From NCBI GenBank assembly GCA_964016885.1, contig OZ024742.1, positions 98,518,001-98,582,000 on the forward strand: a stretch of 64,000 bases of DNA, given 5' to 3'. The notes beneath the pieces are model-generated. The model saw only the letters and a list, made by a program, of their open reading frames with translations, was not told the DNA's origin and made no database searches. Source of the DNA: Eledone cirrhosa. Its lineage: Eukaryota. Below are positions 1 to 15,400 of the stretch, in pieces. Within the stretch, counting starts at the first letter, position 1. Each line of letters begins with the position of its first letter. The position numbers were made by a program, and so were the translations under genes.

Positions 1-379
1 TGGACGGCCATAAGTTGTCGGAGGCTGTTTTTTGTCTGTCCTATGTAGTGCTCTTGACAACCTGAGCAGGTTAAAACATAGGTTAGGTTTTCAAATGCAC
101 ATGTAAAGTTGTGTTTAACTGTGAAATGTTGTCCTTGTTTAAAATGGAATGTTGAACCTTCTATTAGATTTATGCATATGCCGCAGTTGCGCCTTCTGCA
201 TTATTTTACTGTAGGGTTCAATGTGAGGGTTGGTTGGTTGGGTTCTGGCTTGTGTGAGGATGTTTTTTATGCATTTAGGTTGTATTTTGCTCCTTATGAT
301 GTTGTGTGTTAGGAGAAAAAATTAAAAAAGGAAAAAAAAAATATTTTTCTTCCTAATAATCGTCTTTTTCTCCCTATTG

Positions 380-419
<40 letters not shown>

Positions 420-478
420 TTAATTTTCGAGATAATATCTCTTCTTCGGAGGGAACTAAACTGGTTAACACAGTGTTC

Positions 479-546
<68 letters not shown>

Positions 547-1170
547 AAATATAAGTATGTATGTATACGTACATACATATATGTATACAGACGTACAGTA
601 GCATGCATAGAGTGAGAAATGAAATTTCGTTTTCATTTTATTACAACTTATATATATATCTGTATATATATATATATATAAATATTTACACATACACCAA
701 TTAAACAAAGTCTCAGGTATATATGTGTTTTGGCAACCTTTCACGATGTGGCTCAATTTTGAATTCGTGTTTGTCGGGGGCCACTTCGGAAAATAATATG
801 TCCTAGCGAGTTTATCCCCGGAAGACCTCTAAAACTCGAGTATTAATCTCAAAAGTGAACGAAACCCTAGGGTCGGGATTTAGTGATTTAATCCTGGTCT
901 GCATTTCTAACATTAATTTTTACCTAATTATGTATGGTTGACGGCATATTTAATTAATTTCCACGTGGTGTTGAAATGTTGGGTAAATATTCTATGGCGG
1001 TTGCACGAGAAGACGCCGTAATAGCGTATTTATTTACTGTTTCTTCATAGATGCCTTTTATTCTTATAGCCTGGTCTAATTGATTTTTTCTGTGGTTGAT
1101 TATGCTGATTGGGAGTATAGATGATGCATATATATTATCAAATAATTCTCTGGACATGCTTTACTCTATA

Positions 1171-1267
<97 letters not shown>

Positions 1268-1402
1268 AGTATTTAAGCATGTATATTTCCATGTACGCAT
1301 GTATGTATGTGTGTATACGCGTTAGTGCTTGCATGCAGACATTACTTTCAGTACAGATACGTATGTGTCTCGATTTATCAATAGTGCTTAATATAAACAA
1401 CC

Positions 1403-1434
<32 letters not shown>

Positions 1435-1586
1435 TGTTATGCTTAGGGAGGATCATATTGCCAATAAGGAACAAACACACCAGTTGCTCTCTCTCCAATT
1501 TATTATAAATTAAATTCATAAATTTAAGAATTTATAAATTTCGGGTTGATTGATTGATTCCATAACCGGACGGTTGTTCATATATT

Positions 1587-1629
1587 GTCAAAGTTCTTTC
1601 GTCACACATTATATAACCTCTTCAGTGAC
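1587..1629 (-). ncRNA. Putative minimal type I hammerhead ribozyme
   Basis: Minus strand reads gtca-CTGAAGA-g-gttatat/aat/gtgtgac-GAAA-gaac-TT-tgac. Core motifs are present, stem I is 4 bp, stem II is G.U-rich and stem III is 1 bp. Confidence 0.45.
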
Positions 1630-1708
1630 TGGGGATTATTTTCTTTGTCTTGTGCCTCTCCTTTGTTCAGTCCTATGCCATCTTGGTTAGGGTTTTTCAG
1701 AAACGAAA

Positions 1709-1798
<90 letters not shown>

Positions 1799-2094
1799 CA
1801 CATACACGCAGTAATACATAATTACACAAAATATACTAAATATATTAAGAATCACCTCATTTGTGTATTGAATATATAATGTTTATTTCCTTAAAAATCA
1901 TAGATGCTTTTGTTATGTTTAACGGTAATGTCAGTGTATGTAGTGTGTGTGTGTAATATATTTCTTTTTGTATGCATTTTGCTCCGTGTGTATGTATGTG
2001 TAGGTGCATTCCGCGTGTGTTAGTATTGTGTGTGTTCGTGTCGTACCTCTATAGGTTTGTGTGGTGTGTGTACTTCAGTTATACATATAATTAC

Positions 2095-2456
<362 letters not shown>

Positions 2457-3099
2457 CTCACTCTCACTATATTTATGACTATGCGTATAACTACGTGTTT
2501 TGTGTGATTTACAGGGATATGTTTGCATGCGTGCTGTGCTTGTGTATGTAGGTGAGTGTCTTTACGTACGTGTGTCTGTGTGGTAACGTGTTCTTGTACA
2601 TATTTGTAGTTAATTCTATCCATTTCAACTGGGAAAGGATGGGGAATACTGTGAGAGACTTAATGCCTACTATCAGACAAATCCCTCTCAAGGGATCAGA
2701 TATCTTTCAAATATCTGGGAGTTATTCCTGGATAGAAAAATATATTCATGGGATAAAATATATAAATATTAATATCGGGGAAAATCTATGCCCGTCGATC
2801 GCTAGATAATATGGGGCCACAATGAGAGTGAAATGATAATGTTCCCTTGTTCTAGCTGACACAGCCTTGCTTGCAATAATGGTGTAGTTCTATTCAGCTC
2901 ATATAAGGCGTAAAAGAGAGTATGATATTTGTGATCTTTGATTGTCCTCCTAGACCGTTGAGATTGATAGGAACAATAACAAAACCATTCACTGAACATT
3001 GTTTGCATTAAAGAAAAAAATATGGTTTGGCAGTGAAAAGGGATATTTTCTGAAACACTTCTCATGAATTTGAACTGCGTCTCAAACAATTGAAGAGAA

Positions 3100-3420
3100 A
3101 ATGGTTGTGGTAGTAGTGGTTGTAATGGTGGTGACAGTAGTGGCTGTGATGGTAACTGTGGTGGTGGTGGTGGCGTTGGTGGTAATGGTGATGGTGGAGG
3201 TGCTAGTAGTTGTTGTGTTGGCGATAGTAGTTATGGCGGTGATGATGTGGTGATGTAGTCGTTGTTGCTGAATTTACTGTAAATGTGGTTGGTGGTGGTT
3301 GGTGGTGGCATTGTTGTGGGTGTTGTTGCTGATGTTGGTGCTGGAGATAATGGTGATATCATATGTGTTGCTGGTGATGGTTGTGGTGGTTGTGATGTTA
3401 GAGGTGTTGATGGTCATCGG
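3100..3420. repeat. Degenerate (GGT/GAT/GTT)n trinucleotide low-complexity tract
   Basis: Seen directly in the sequence. Confidence 0.85.
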
Positions 3421-3556
3421 AGTATAGCTACCATAAAAAATAGATTTATACAACCAATGTAGACACACTATTCAAGTTAAAATAATAGTGATGTAACATC
3501 ATAGCAAACCAAATGAAACAGAATTTCTACGTACAACTATTAAATCTTTGCAAATA

Positions 3557-4475
3557 CGAGGGAAAGCAAAACATTATCTGCTCTCTTGTTTTTGTTTTTG
3601 TTTTTCGATTTCTTTTACAATTTGTTTATCAATTACATTTAAACAAAGGTAGCAGATAAACAAGTACGTCTTTTTTCTACGTCTCCTTCCTTTTCGATGC
3701 ACTAAGTCAAGCGATCTACAAGCTTGTGTATTGCCCACAAAAATGTTTTCCGTTGGTCACGCAAAGGTTTATGCACCGCTTGCTGCATTTCTTTATCCGT
3801 AGGAAATCGACAATCTGAAATCTCATCTTTGAGCGATTCAAAGAGATAATAGTGGAAGGGCGTTAGATCTGGGCTGTAGTCAGGGTATTCCTGCTCCTCA
3901 AAACACAACTGGTAACTTGTGCACTGCGGTAATTTCTCTTGGAACTCATCTCAAAAAGACGTTATGGAAGCCGAGCACATCGCGCCTGATATGATAGGCG
4001 GAACCATGATTAATCTGCAGAGAACGTCACACTACATCGATGATAACACGCCGGTTTACCCTTAACATCTCTCGAAGTTGCTGATTCTTGTCGTCAGTGG
4101 TAGAATTGACGGGCGTCCTGCTCCTCCCCCGCTTGTCCGGCCACTTTTAACTTACTCGATGCACTCTGACACACTTTTATGCGGTAGTTCACCCTCAACA
4201 TATTGTGTTAAAAGAGACTGATGAATTTAAGCCCCTGACATAACGTCCAAACAGAGAAATCGGATCACTGCTCTATGTTCCTCTTAGATGCAAATTGCTA
4301 GCCATGCGGCCATGTTTACACTGTAAAGGCAGCAAGACAACTGGGGCAATCAAGCTCAAACATCGAACACATGACCACAACAGTATCACGTATACGCACG
4401 CGAGAGCAGAAGTCGTTGAGACAATCCTAAAGGTATGTTATGGTGAAAGTGCTGGTAATTTTTCAGGTACCCTCA
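3557..4475 (-). mobile_element. Internally deleted mariner-family DNA transposon
   Basis: ORF 3702-3908(-) contains YSPDLTP...LFESLKD...RF (mariner YSPDLAP motif). Degenerate TIRs TA-CGAGGG... and ...CCCTCA-TA are flanked by TA. Confidence 0.8.
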
Positions 4476-4994
4476 TACATACCATTGAAGTGTTTGCTTT
4501 AAATAAAAAAAAGTATGATTCTTTGCTTAAATCAGCATTCTTTTAATGCTGTATTTGTATGTAATGGTGTGTACATCACAGTTAAATTTTAAATATATTA
4601 AGAATATGGAGTCTTAACAAGGCTAATATCAAGCGGCAGCCACCCATTGTGATATCTAAATCTTTATTTGCGTTAACTGCGTTAATTTCAGCTTTCATTT
4701 CAAAGTATAGCAACACCAGAATCTTACAAATCCAATTATAGTCAAATTACATTTTAGCCTCAATAGATTTCTCTCCAAATTCTTGACAAAACACCACATG
4801 TAAACGAAGCACGCTGATATATGAGCAGATTAGTTTATAAGGGTAAGAAATCTGTTAGGTGCTAATTATAAAATAACATTTTAATATATTCACTATCGAA
4901 AAATCCAATAAACTATTCACCTAAGAAATATACACACACACACATATGTATATATACATACATATACACACATCACACATATATAAATATATAT

Positions 4995-5671
4995 ATTAAA
5001 ATAACAGATTAAAGTTTAAGCAAAGAATCGCTGCTTTCACCCTTAACGGGATCTTCTGAAAATAAAAATATCAATCTGTGAACGTAGAAGGAAATATTTC
5101 GAAAAACGTTGCAACCGAAGGAAGACAGGAAGACGATATTTTAGTTCCTGGAGACGTTCCTGTCAAAGAACGGAAATAATATGTCATTATTTGGAGCGAT
5201 GAGAACAATTACACTCAAAGACAAAACCACGTCTATGGTATAAATGAAGTCATAGACTAATATTATATTGGGTGGTTCGTGGAGACGTTCCCTGGCATTG
5301 AACGGAAAAAACGAAGATAATACGTCATTATGTGTAGCGATGAGAAGAAGTACACGCAAAGACAAAACACCACGTTTAAGGTAGACCTGAAGTAGTAGAC
5401 TAAAATTCTATTTAGGAAACCGAATGATTCTTGGCTTCAGAGTTAAGAATAATGTAATTAAATTACGGAGGTTATTGAAATCACCAATAATGAAATATAT
5501 ACATGCACGCATCCATATACGTACATACACATGCATACGCGAAAACACCCGCCATGGGTATGCCAAATCAAGCACGTTCACAAAAAAAGACGCACGCACA
5601 TACAGAACCCACGCAAAGCCTGTACCCGCACACATACGAACGTATACACCAAATACACATAAAAATATATC

Positions 5672-5736
<65 letters not shown>

Positions 5737-6275
5737 GTGTGTGTGCGTGTATAGATATAATTATATAAACGTATATAAATATACACACATGAATACGTAT
5801 ATAACGCGCGCACACAAATTCCTACATGTAAATACACATATGTTCGCTAAACCCACGTCAACCAAAACACAAAGTACACATATACACCGATCCTATATAC
5901 GTATGAACACGCATACTCACTCAGACGCAAAACTCACGAATACACATGACCATATGCACATGTACCAGTATATATAATATAATATATACGCCTATAACAT
6001 ATACAAGAAAATATACGTACGAGAAAGTATACGTACCTTCACAAAAGTTACAGGTAATATATACTTACCTATACAAATAAATAATAGTATAAACATAATA
6101 TATATTTAGCTACCAGATCAAAACGTAAAATATACGCGTATAGTTCGTACTATCCGTTAGGGTATACTGTGGGGTTGTAATACAGGAAAGTTTTGTGCAA
6201 TTTATGTTTACAAGCCGAAATGTCTCAGATTTTTTGTTTAAGATGTGGTCTTTGGCGTAGAGTATTTCCAAGGCT
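4995..6275 (-). mobile_element. 5'-truncated Penelope-like element (last GIY-YIG codons plus long 3' region), family B
   Basis: Reverse complement of ~31880-33230 and 56708-57733. Contains ~135 bp internal repeats. Confidence 0.75.
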
Positions 6276-6582
6276 TCAGAGTTAAGAATAATGTTAAGAA
6301 ATTAGGCAATAGTGATTGCCTAAACACAAGAAGTGAATTTTTCACACGTTGTCCACACGTCACCAAACATCTATTGCATAACTACAAGGCTCCGGACTGA
6401 TACTTGTAATTTTATTTTTAATTTTTTAAATTTTATTTTCAACCTAAAAACTTTCCGGACTTTCGCAGTTATCTCCCTTACACCTCCCGCACGCAGTCTA
6501 GTATTGTCTGTGTAAAGTGACCGAGTTTCTTCGCGTGCGCGTTCGTACGATTGTCCTTCCTGTTCCTATAACCATACACATC

Positions 6583-6622
6583 CCGAGCTGAAGATCCGCG
6601 AAGGTGAAACAATTGTTCTCGG
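6583..6622 (+). ncRNA. Minimal type I hammerhead ribozyme
   Basis: ccgag-CTGAAGA-tccgcgaaggt-GAAA-caattg-TT-ctcgg: perfect 5-bp stem I and palindromic stem III, as in dimer-forming PLE-type hammerheads. Confidence 0.8.
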
Positions 6623-6744
6623 CATGGTGAACTAACTATTGTATAACCACTTCTACCTGACTCGTCCCTTGGACTGAGTGCTCTACCACTAGGGACATTA
6701 CCTTCCAGTGTTCCACCACTATATATATATATATCTAAGGCGGG

Positions 6745-7200
6745 TAAAATTCCCGAGATCCATGGACGAGTTCTCTCCAGCGGTCTCTGTCCCTCATTAT
6801 CGCTGCCATGTCCTGCTTCTCCAATAGACCAGTGTCTGTCCTTAGGGCATCAACCTACGTTAACCTTGGTCTTTCTCTTCTAGTGTGTCCATGTAGGGGC
6901 TCCCAAAGGAGCACTGAGTGCAATGTCAACTCTAGATGTCGGTGAGCATGTCCAGCTAACCTCAGTCTCCTCTGTGTCACTTTTGAGCTGACTTTTGGGA
7001 TGCTCCCATACAGCTCTGAGTTTTTCATCCTCAGTGTATCTGATTAATGTTCAGAGCCATCTTCAGCATTCTCGTGTAGCACCCATCCACCATCTGAGTG
7101 AGTTTCTTGGTCAGTGATCAAGTCACGGACTCCACTACAGCAATGAAGAGGCGGAGTTTCAGGTCTCTACGAAGGTCCGACTTCCACACCGATCTCAAGC
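6745..7200 (-). mobile_element. RTE-clade LINE 3' fragment (degenerate)
   Basis: Minus-strand translation LRLAGHAHRH...LLWEPLHG...RPRLTYVD...RDRWR resembles an RTE C-terminus. Confidence 0.6.
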
Positions 7201-7213
7201 TGTATAAATATAT

Positions 7214-7313
<100 letters not shown>

Positions 7314-7314
7314 G

Positions 7315-7440
<126 letters not shown>

Positions 7441-7763
7441 CATACGAGTAGTGCCATCGCTTGTTAGATTATAGAGTTTGGTGCACTTTTAGGCTTGGGC
7501 GAGCCACACCAACCTGTAAAGTATACTGGACCAATGCCTGAGCTTTCAAGGTTTTTTAGGTGGGGAAAGGGCTCGCACTCGACCAATCCCACTCTCTGAG
7601 CATTGAAATTACTACCAGTAAAGGGAACTGGTCAACATCAGCGTATGCTTCTGAAGCCACAGGTTTTTTTTACTAGAGTTTCTCTCTCTTAGAAAGGTTT
7701 TGTGACATGAAATGGGGGCCTTTCACTCCCAGATGAAAAAAAAAGTAATATTTGGATGGCCGT

Positions 7764-8140
7764 TTACTCAATCATGAACTTGTTTATTACTTCTCCTACA
7801 CTATTACCAGCGACTTTCCGTAGTTCGACTGAGATATCATCTGGACCTGGTGCCATGCAATAGTTAACCTGCTTGACTGCCAGCTTCATTTCATCAGCAG
7901 AGGGAAGTAGATCCATACGGTAGATTGTTTCATTTTGAGGAAGGCCCTCTATCACTCCAAAATTAACCGCTGATGGGTTGTCAAGACGTCAGTAAAATGT
8001 TTCTCTCACCGCTGAAGGATTTTCGTTGGATCTTTGATGATGATATTGGCATCTTCCTTAGATCTAAGAGGAGTTACTGACGATGTTGTTGGTCCGAAGA
8101 CTTGACTATCGATGAGTAAAATGACTTCGAATCGTTGGAT
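7764..8140 (-). mobile_element. RTE-like LINE fragment (pre-RT region)
   Basis: Contains the APGPDDISVEL motif and an upstream ...KDPTKILQRW linker typical of RTE/BovB-like ORFs. Confidence 0.6.
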
Positions 8141-8162
8141 TTTGGGGCACTAAATTTTTTCT

Positions 8163-8211
<49 letters not shown>

Positions 8212-8655
8212 GGTCATTCTGTGTCCAACTCTCCTGGCATAACGCATTTATGACAACAACGTTAAAAGCATCCGTTCCGTTTATAAGACTTTTGAGGCTG
8301 TTATATGACAATTATTTCTAGCATATCTCAAAGCCGCGGAGATGTTACCCTGTTTGCTCGAATTTCTCTCCCAATAGAGTCTATAACAGCAGCAATATTG
8401 GAGACAGAAGTATATTGATTACAGCTGTCATATATTAAATGTCACAAATAGAGAGAAATATCAGATTTGTGAAGGAACTCAGAATTACATTAGCGAAGTA
8501 CTGAATATAAGTAGAGTCATTTGTTCACGTTATTACTAAGTATAACTATGTATAAGTACATATTTGAAGGGAGTAGTGTGAGTGAGAGGAAGAGTAAGAC
8601 GTGTGTATTCCTTGTGTGCGTTATTGAAGGAGCTAATACACTGACACGGTTACAC

Positions 8656-8716
<61 letters not shown>

Positions 8717-8765
8717 AAATAGAGATAGAGAGAGAGGGGGGGGACAGATAGAGATAGATAGATAG

Positions 8766-8806
<41 letters not shown>

Positions 8807-8989
8807 GAGACATACACACACACATTTGGGTTTTAGTACGTAAATACATAACTAACTATTTATAACCGTCATTTTTTTGTCTCACTAATCGTTCTTTATT
8901 TCACTCTCTCGTTCTTTCCTCTGTCTTTTCCACCCTTCTTTCCCCTCCCACTTTCTCTCTTTCTATGTATATATGTGTGTGTGTTTTTT

Positions 8990-9032
<43 letters not shown>

Positions 9033-9175
9033 GTGTGTCTGTGTATGTGTGTATATATAAATATATATACAATTATAACTAGTAAAATATATAAATGCTC
9101 AAGTGTAATTATTCATATCCACACGAGCACACATACTACTGTATATATATATAATCTATAAATATATATATATAT

Positions 9176-9297
<122 letters not shown>

Positions 9298-9403
9298 TAA
9301 TCTATATATATTGAGTGGTTGTAGAAATAAAACGAATACGCAAGTGAATGTACACACATATATGCGTAACTAGATAAGACATGAATATTTATGGATGGTG
9401 CTT

Positions 9404-9441
<38 letters not shown>

Positions 9442-9442
9442 T

Positions 9443-9524
<82 letters not shown>

Positions 9525-9530
9525 TACACA

Positions 9531-9566
<36 letters not shown>

Positions 9567-10075
9567 TGGTGTATGTGGTGTATTTGTAATTGTACGATTT
9601 TGTTGTAAACGATGTTTTTGTGCTGAGGAATTCATTTGCAATTCATATAAATCTCCAAATTATAGGGTATTACAATAGAATATGGTATAAGAAAATGAAT
9701 TGTATGCTATAGAAAATACTTCCTCTCATCTTACACGTTCTTCCTTCACTTTTTCCTGTCTTAAGCAATTTAAATCTCATGTAAAGAGTAGCATTAAGAG
9801 GAAACATTTTCGCAGAATAGGCGAAGAAAGAAAAAAAGACGTACAAAAATGAGGAAATCAAGAGCGGGTTCAGTTCGTTATGAATATACATACATACCCA
9901 ACTGTTTATTTATTCATTATTTTTATTTTTTATTTTTACGAAATCCATTAGATTAAAATGACAGACGACAATTCATTTTTAGAGAATATTTTGTGTCTTG
10001 AATTAAGGAGTGAAATTCAATAGAACATTTTGCTTAAATGTTGTCAACTGATAGCAACACCATTATCATTCCTCC

Positions 10076-10119
<44 letters not shown>

Positions 10120-10349
10120 TTATTATTATTATTATTGAATGCCATGGTTGACGGAGGCTCGGCTCTGTAAGGTATAGTAATTTTTAACCGTTAAAACAAT
10201 TGTAAATTGTTTAAAACTTGAACCAAATTGTTGATAAAGACACCCTCCTCCTCGTGAGAGGGGTCTTTCTGTCCGTTATTTGGCCCTTCGGGGTTAAATA
10301 GCCAGTTATTGGGGTTTTGTACCCAAAATTTCATTTTAAACAAAAAAAC

Positions 10350-12450
10350 ATGGCTACCAAAAAAAAAAAAATTTCATACGTCACTCCCACTCATTCCGTC
10401 TTCTTCTTCCTCAATCATCACTACAGGAGAGAGAAGATTGTCTCTCTCCCTCCCTTCTTTAAATGTGTCTCTCTCCCTACCTTCTCTTTCGCAAGCGACG
10501 AAAGAAAAGAAAAGTCTCGTGCAAAGCGTGCAAGGTTTCTCCACGACGACGACGACAGCGACGAAACAGGTGTGCGGGAAATACGAAAACCCAGTTCATT
10601 CGTCTGACGTCAGGAATAATAGCAGTAGCAGCCGTAATAACAACAGCAACAGTGACAATGAAAACAACAGTAGCAGCCGCAACAGCATCACCAGCAGCAT
10701 AAACAACAACAGCATTAGCAGCAGCAACACCAACAACAACCACAGCAACAGCGGCGGAGGCAGTAGTCGTAGTACCTGCAGCAACAACAAAAGTACCAGC
10801 AGCTCTGACGACAACAACAACAGCAGAGAAAAACCAATCTCATTTGCAGGTATTGCGAAAAACCTGGAAACAATCCTCATAACAAATGAGGAATTAGAGG
10901 AAGCGAAGAAGATGGTGACAAAGAACGGACACCGAGCAATCTGCAAGGCAGCGAAAAATTTTTTCGAAACCCAAGAGCACTGTACGGTCACGTACCGTAC
11001 AGTAAGTACAAAATCCCGTAGGGTGGAAAGAGCCACAGAGGCCCAAATACAAAAAGCCTTGGGGTCTGTGTGGCAGAGGAAAACGCACATCACCCGAGGC
11101 AAAAAATACGCCACCGTAGACGTACTTTTTGCCACACCCCAGGAGGCAAAGGCCCAATCAGTAGTGACCCTAAGGAGCGAGGAAATGGTGTTGGTGCCCT
11201 CCTACTGCGGGCAAAAAATTGTGAGGGTCAAACTGACCCACGTCCCCCCCGGAATGACCCCTTCTTGGCTGGCCGCGTCTGTCCTCGTCGGAATCGAGGA
11301 CAAAACAACTGTACTGCAAGTACAGAAAAAAGTAAGAGAAGATTGGGTCGGCTCCTCCATTGAGATGCTAATCCAAACCAACCAGGAGTGCATCGAAGCT
11401 ATCCCGGATGTGATAGACTTCGATAACGGCACTCAACTGCCCATAAGTGTTGAGGGCAAACGCCCGAAATGCTTTCGCTGTGGATCGAAGACTCACCTCA
11501 GGGCCTTCTGCAACGAGAAGACCCTGAGAAAGGAGAAAACCCCCCTCCTCCCGAATCCGGTTCCACGGCTACCAGCAACAGGACAAGCGGCAACCAGGAA
11601 CGATAGGTCCGTGGCACCCATACCCACTCCACGGAAATCAAAGACAGCAGCAGCAGTGGAAATATTAACAACAACAACAGCAATACCAAATGCAGCTGCA
11701 ACAGAGACTCCAGTGCAAACATCACCAACAACAACAAGTGAAAGAGTGGAGCTGGTACCCCTCCCCGACCTTACAGAATCAGACATGGAGTGTGAGGTGG
11801 GAGAGGGATGGCAAAAGGTCTCAAGAAGGCACAAACGCAGAAGCAGCGCATCGTCGCCTTTGAAAAGGGAGGAAAGAAATGAGAAAAGGGTAAAGTCTAC
11901 TGCAAAGAGACCCACAGCAGCAACACCACCAACACCATCACCACCCACACCAGCACCACCATCACCACCGGCGACAACCCCACCGCCAACAACACCTTCA
12001 ACACCACCACCACAAGCACCAACATCGCAAACACAACAACAAAACACACACACCCAGCAACAACGACAAGAAAATAGCAGAACCACACCCCACCCCCAGA
12101 AAAACAAATGCACGGCAATAAACACACACAACAAGAAACTAATGACTTACATAATTGAACACACAGACATTTCACAACAGGACTACATAATACCAGCACC
12201 AATCAAAACGCCAACTAACATAAGACTGCTAAAAATAGCACAGAAACAATACACAAACATTAAAACGAAATTCCCCAACGCAGTTGGTGATTTCAGGGAC
12301 CTAGGAGGAACCATTAATCGAAGAGTATATTCAGACATTCTCTTAGAAGAGCCGACGACCAGCCGAAGGGACGATTCAACGGTCCCTTCACCAGACGATC
12401 AAGTGAAAAGGGATGTAAAAACCATCCCTCCTCTACCAAAAATACGGTAA
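10350..12450 (+). CDS. LINE ORF1 (gag-like nucleic-acid-binding protein with CCHC zinc knuckle)
   Basis: Open frame 10309-12450 with CFRCGSKTHLRAFC (CX2CX4HX4C) and Ser/Asn- and Pro/Thr-rich tracts. The likely ATG at 10350 (MAxK, as in copy 2) is put 1 nt out of frame by an A13 run at 10359-10371. Confidence 0.85.
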
Positions 12451-12485
12451 GTGGTCTTTCCCATCTTTTCCACTCTATTTTAAAC

Positions 12486-15400
12486 ATGACCTCACTCAGA
12501 ATAGGCAGCATAAATGCGCGTGGCTTGGGGTCGTCATGGAAGCAGGGTCACCTGCTCAACGACCTCAGGTCACTAAACATAGATGTAGTGGCCATCAGCG
12601 AGACCAGAATCTCCGAAGCACGGGCCTTCGCACCGATCTTCGGCGGCTACGATGTGTACGCATCTCCCAGCCGTCCTGGATCGGGTGGAGGAGTTGCTGT
12701 GCTTTTTCGGAGAGGTTTGGATCTCGCCATACGGGCCATCTTCCTGGACCCAGAGGGTAAGCTGGTGGTGCTGGACGTGACCAGCGGAGACGGGCAAGCT
12801 TTCAGGCTAGTGGCCGTCTATGCCCCGACAGGAGCAGGGCGGCCTGATTTCTTCCGGCGTCTGGAGACCTTTCTTGGAACGTCGCGCTCTTTAGTGTTAG
12901 TGGGCGACTGGAACGGGATCTTAGATGCACGCTGGGACTGTGTGGGATTAGCGGATAGGGGTGGAGGGTGCAAGAGCCTCACCAACCTGCTCAGGCGTTT
13001 TGAACTGTCTGACAGGTACCGATTGGATTTCCCGAATGTGCCAATGTGGACTTGGACAAACCGCATAGGGTCATCCAGATCATATCTAGATAGAGTATTT
13101 TGTAGGGAAATAGATAGGTCTAGCATAGGCTGTCCACAATTCAAGATAGTCAGCTACACGGACCACAAATTCGTGATCTGTGTGCTTGACTTAGATAGGC
13201 TTCATAGACGAGGACCCGGCTACTGGAAGCTAAACGCGTCCTTACCAGCGCGCAAGGCCTACAGAGACCGGATTAGCGAACTAGTTAAGCGGGCGTTGAC
13301 GGGGGCCATCGTCAACAACAAGTGGTGGTTTGCTCTGAAAAGAGCGATTAGAATAGAATCGATTAGGTTTAGTAAGGCTTTAGCAATAGAGAAAAATAGA
13401 GCAGAGGGAGAACTAGTTAGAAAATTAGACGAGGCGCTTAGCAAAGGCATTGCGACCGACGTGCTTGCGGCGAAATTGGCCCTTGACCAATTCTTCAATG
13501 CAAAGCACGAAGGCTGCGTTGTCAGAGCTAGGGTGCGTGCTCTCAGACACGAGGGGACGAAAGCCGTTCAATGGGCCCGAGTGGCGGAGGCGCGTCGTGG
13601 CAACAAAGCCACGATCCGGTCTTTGGTGGACCACGACGGGCGCATGCTACTCGATCCCGGGCAAATGTGTGAAGCTTTTCAGCGACACTTCGCTCAGCTG
13701 TTCGGGGGCAGCGGGGGGCCGGGTAGAGGGATGGACTTTAGTGTCTACCTCGACGGACTGCCGCGGCTCTCGGCCACTGAGGCGAAGTGTTGCGAAAAGC
13801 CGATAACAGCCGCTGAAGTAAGGGAGGCAATGACTGGCTGCACAAGGGGTAAATCGCCTGGTTTGGATGGTCTGCCCTATGAACTTTACGTACAGATGCC
13901 AGACTTGTTCGGAGGCCTCTTGGCGGACGTCTACTGCAACTGGCAACAGAACGGGAGAATTCCCAGTTCTGTGAGCCGAGGAGCGGTGGCACTGCTGAGA
14001 AAGGATCCGAACAAGGGGGATAACATAGACAATTTCCGGCCCATAACTCTGCTAAACACAGAGTTTAAGATTTTGGCCAAGGTGCTAGCAAAGAGGTTGG
14101 CGCTTGTCGTTGGTGGTCTGGTGGGAGAGGCGCAGACATGCGCCATTCCCGACAGATCCATCCACGACAACCTCCACCTCATGCGATACATCGTAGAGAG
14201 GGTAGCTAGGGAACCTGGCACGGGTGGATCCTTGATCAATTTAGATCAGTCGAAAGCTTTCGATAGGGTCGACCATCGTTACCTAGCGGCAGTCCTGAGG
14301 GCGGCTGGCTTTGGGCCCGTCTTCAGAGGCTGGATCGCTGCCATGCACAGCGACATCTGCTCTGTGGTGAGAGTGAACGGTCACCTGTCAGAACCGTTCA
14401 ACATCATGCGCTCGGTCCGCCAAGGATGTCCCCTCTCGTCCCTCTTGTACGTATTGACTCTCGAGCCATTACTGCACAAGCTGGAGACGTTGAGGGGAGT
14501 CCCGCGCGAACTAGGATGCGGAAGATCCGTGTCAGCATATGCGGACGATGTCACCGTAGTGGTGTCGAACGCCAAACACATCGAGGCGATCGGCACTACA
14601 CTAAGAGAATACGAAGCGGTGACAGGAGCAATGATCAACCAGGAAAAGTCAGTGGGCCTGCAGCTCGGCACCTGGAGAGGCAGGTCCATGCCGTCCAACA
14701 GCGTCGTCGGGCGCTGGACGGACGGACCGGTTAAATTGCTAGGGGTCTGGTTCGGTCCGGACCTCCAGACGGACAAAAACTGGGACGAGGTGACGAGCAG
14801 GGTGGCTTCTCTCACCCAGAAATGGGCGGAGAGGAAGCTATCCCTGAAAGGTCGAGCGGAGGTGGCTAACGCGTACATCGCGTCTGTCATCTGCTACCGC
14901 CTAACCGTCGTACCTTGTCCTAAGCCTCGCCTGACTGCGCTGGAGCGTTTGCTCTTTCGCTTTTTGTGGAAGGGACGTGCTCCGATGGTCAGGCGGTCCA
15001 TCTGTTGTCAACACCCGCTACGTGGAGGGCTGGGCATGCCGTGGCTGATGATGCGCAGGCACGCGCTCAGGCTACGACATCTCCACCTCTTCCTCGACGG
15101 TGATCAGGTGTGGTCGCCGTTTGCTAGACGCGTTTTTCCCCAGCTCGTTTCCTTGACGGAGCTGCAGTCCTGGGTCAAGCGAAGACCGAGAGGGAGCGCC
15201 TGGAGACTGGAATGTCTTCAGGCGCTCACAGCCCTCGACCAATCGGGCAATGTGATCGGTGGAAACTCCACCTCGGCGTTCTATAGAGGATTAGTGGAGG
15301 GGAAGAGCGACGACGTACTTGGGGAAACTCTAGGCGTCGACGAAAATCAACTAGCCAATCTCTTCGGAAGAACCTTCGGGCCAGGGCCTATGGACAACTT

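Noticed and set aside
700-1157. Possible highly degenerate PLE coding remnant on the minus strand
   Set aside because: Similarity is too weak to support by eye.
10235-10320. Complete HDV-like ribozyme in the Tx1 5' UTR
   Set aside because: The L3-like motif is present, but P1, P1.1 (GG) and P2 could not be assigned consistently in both copies. Kept only as a structured UTR.
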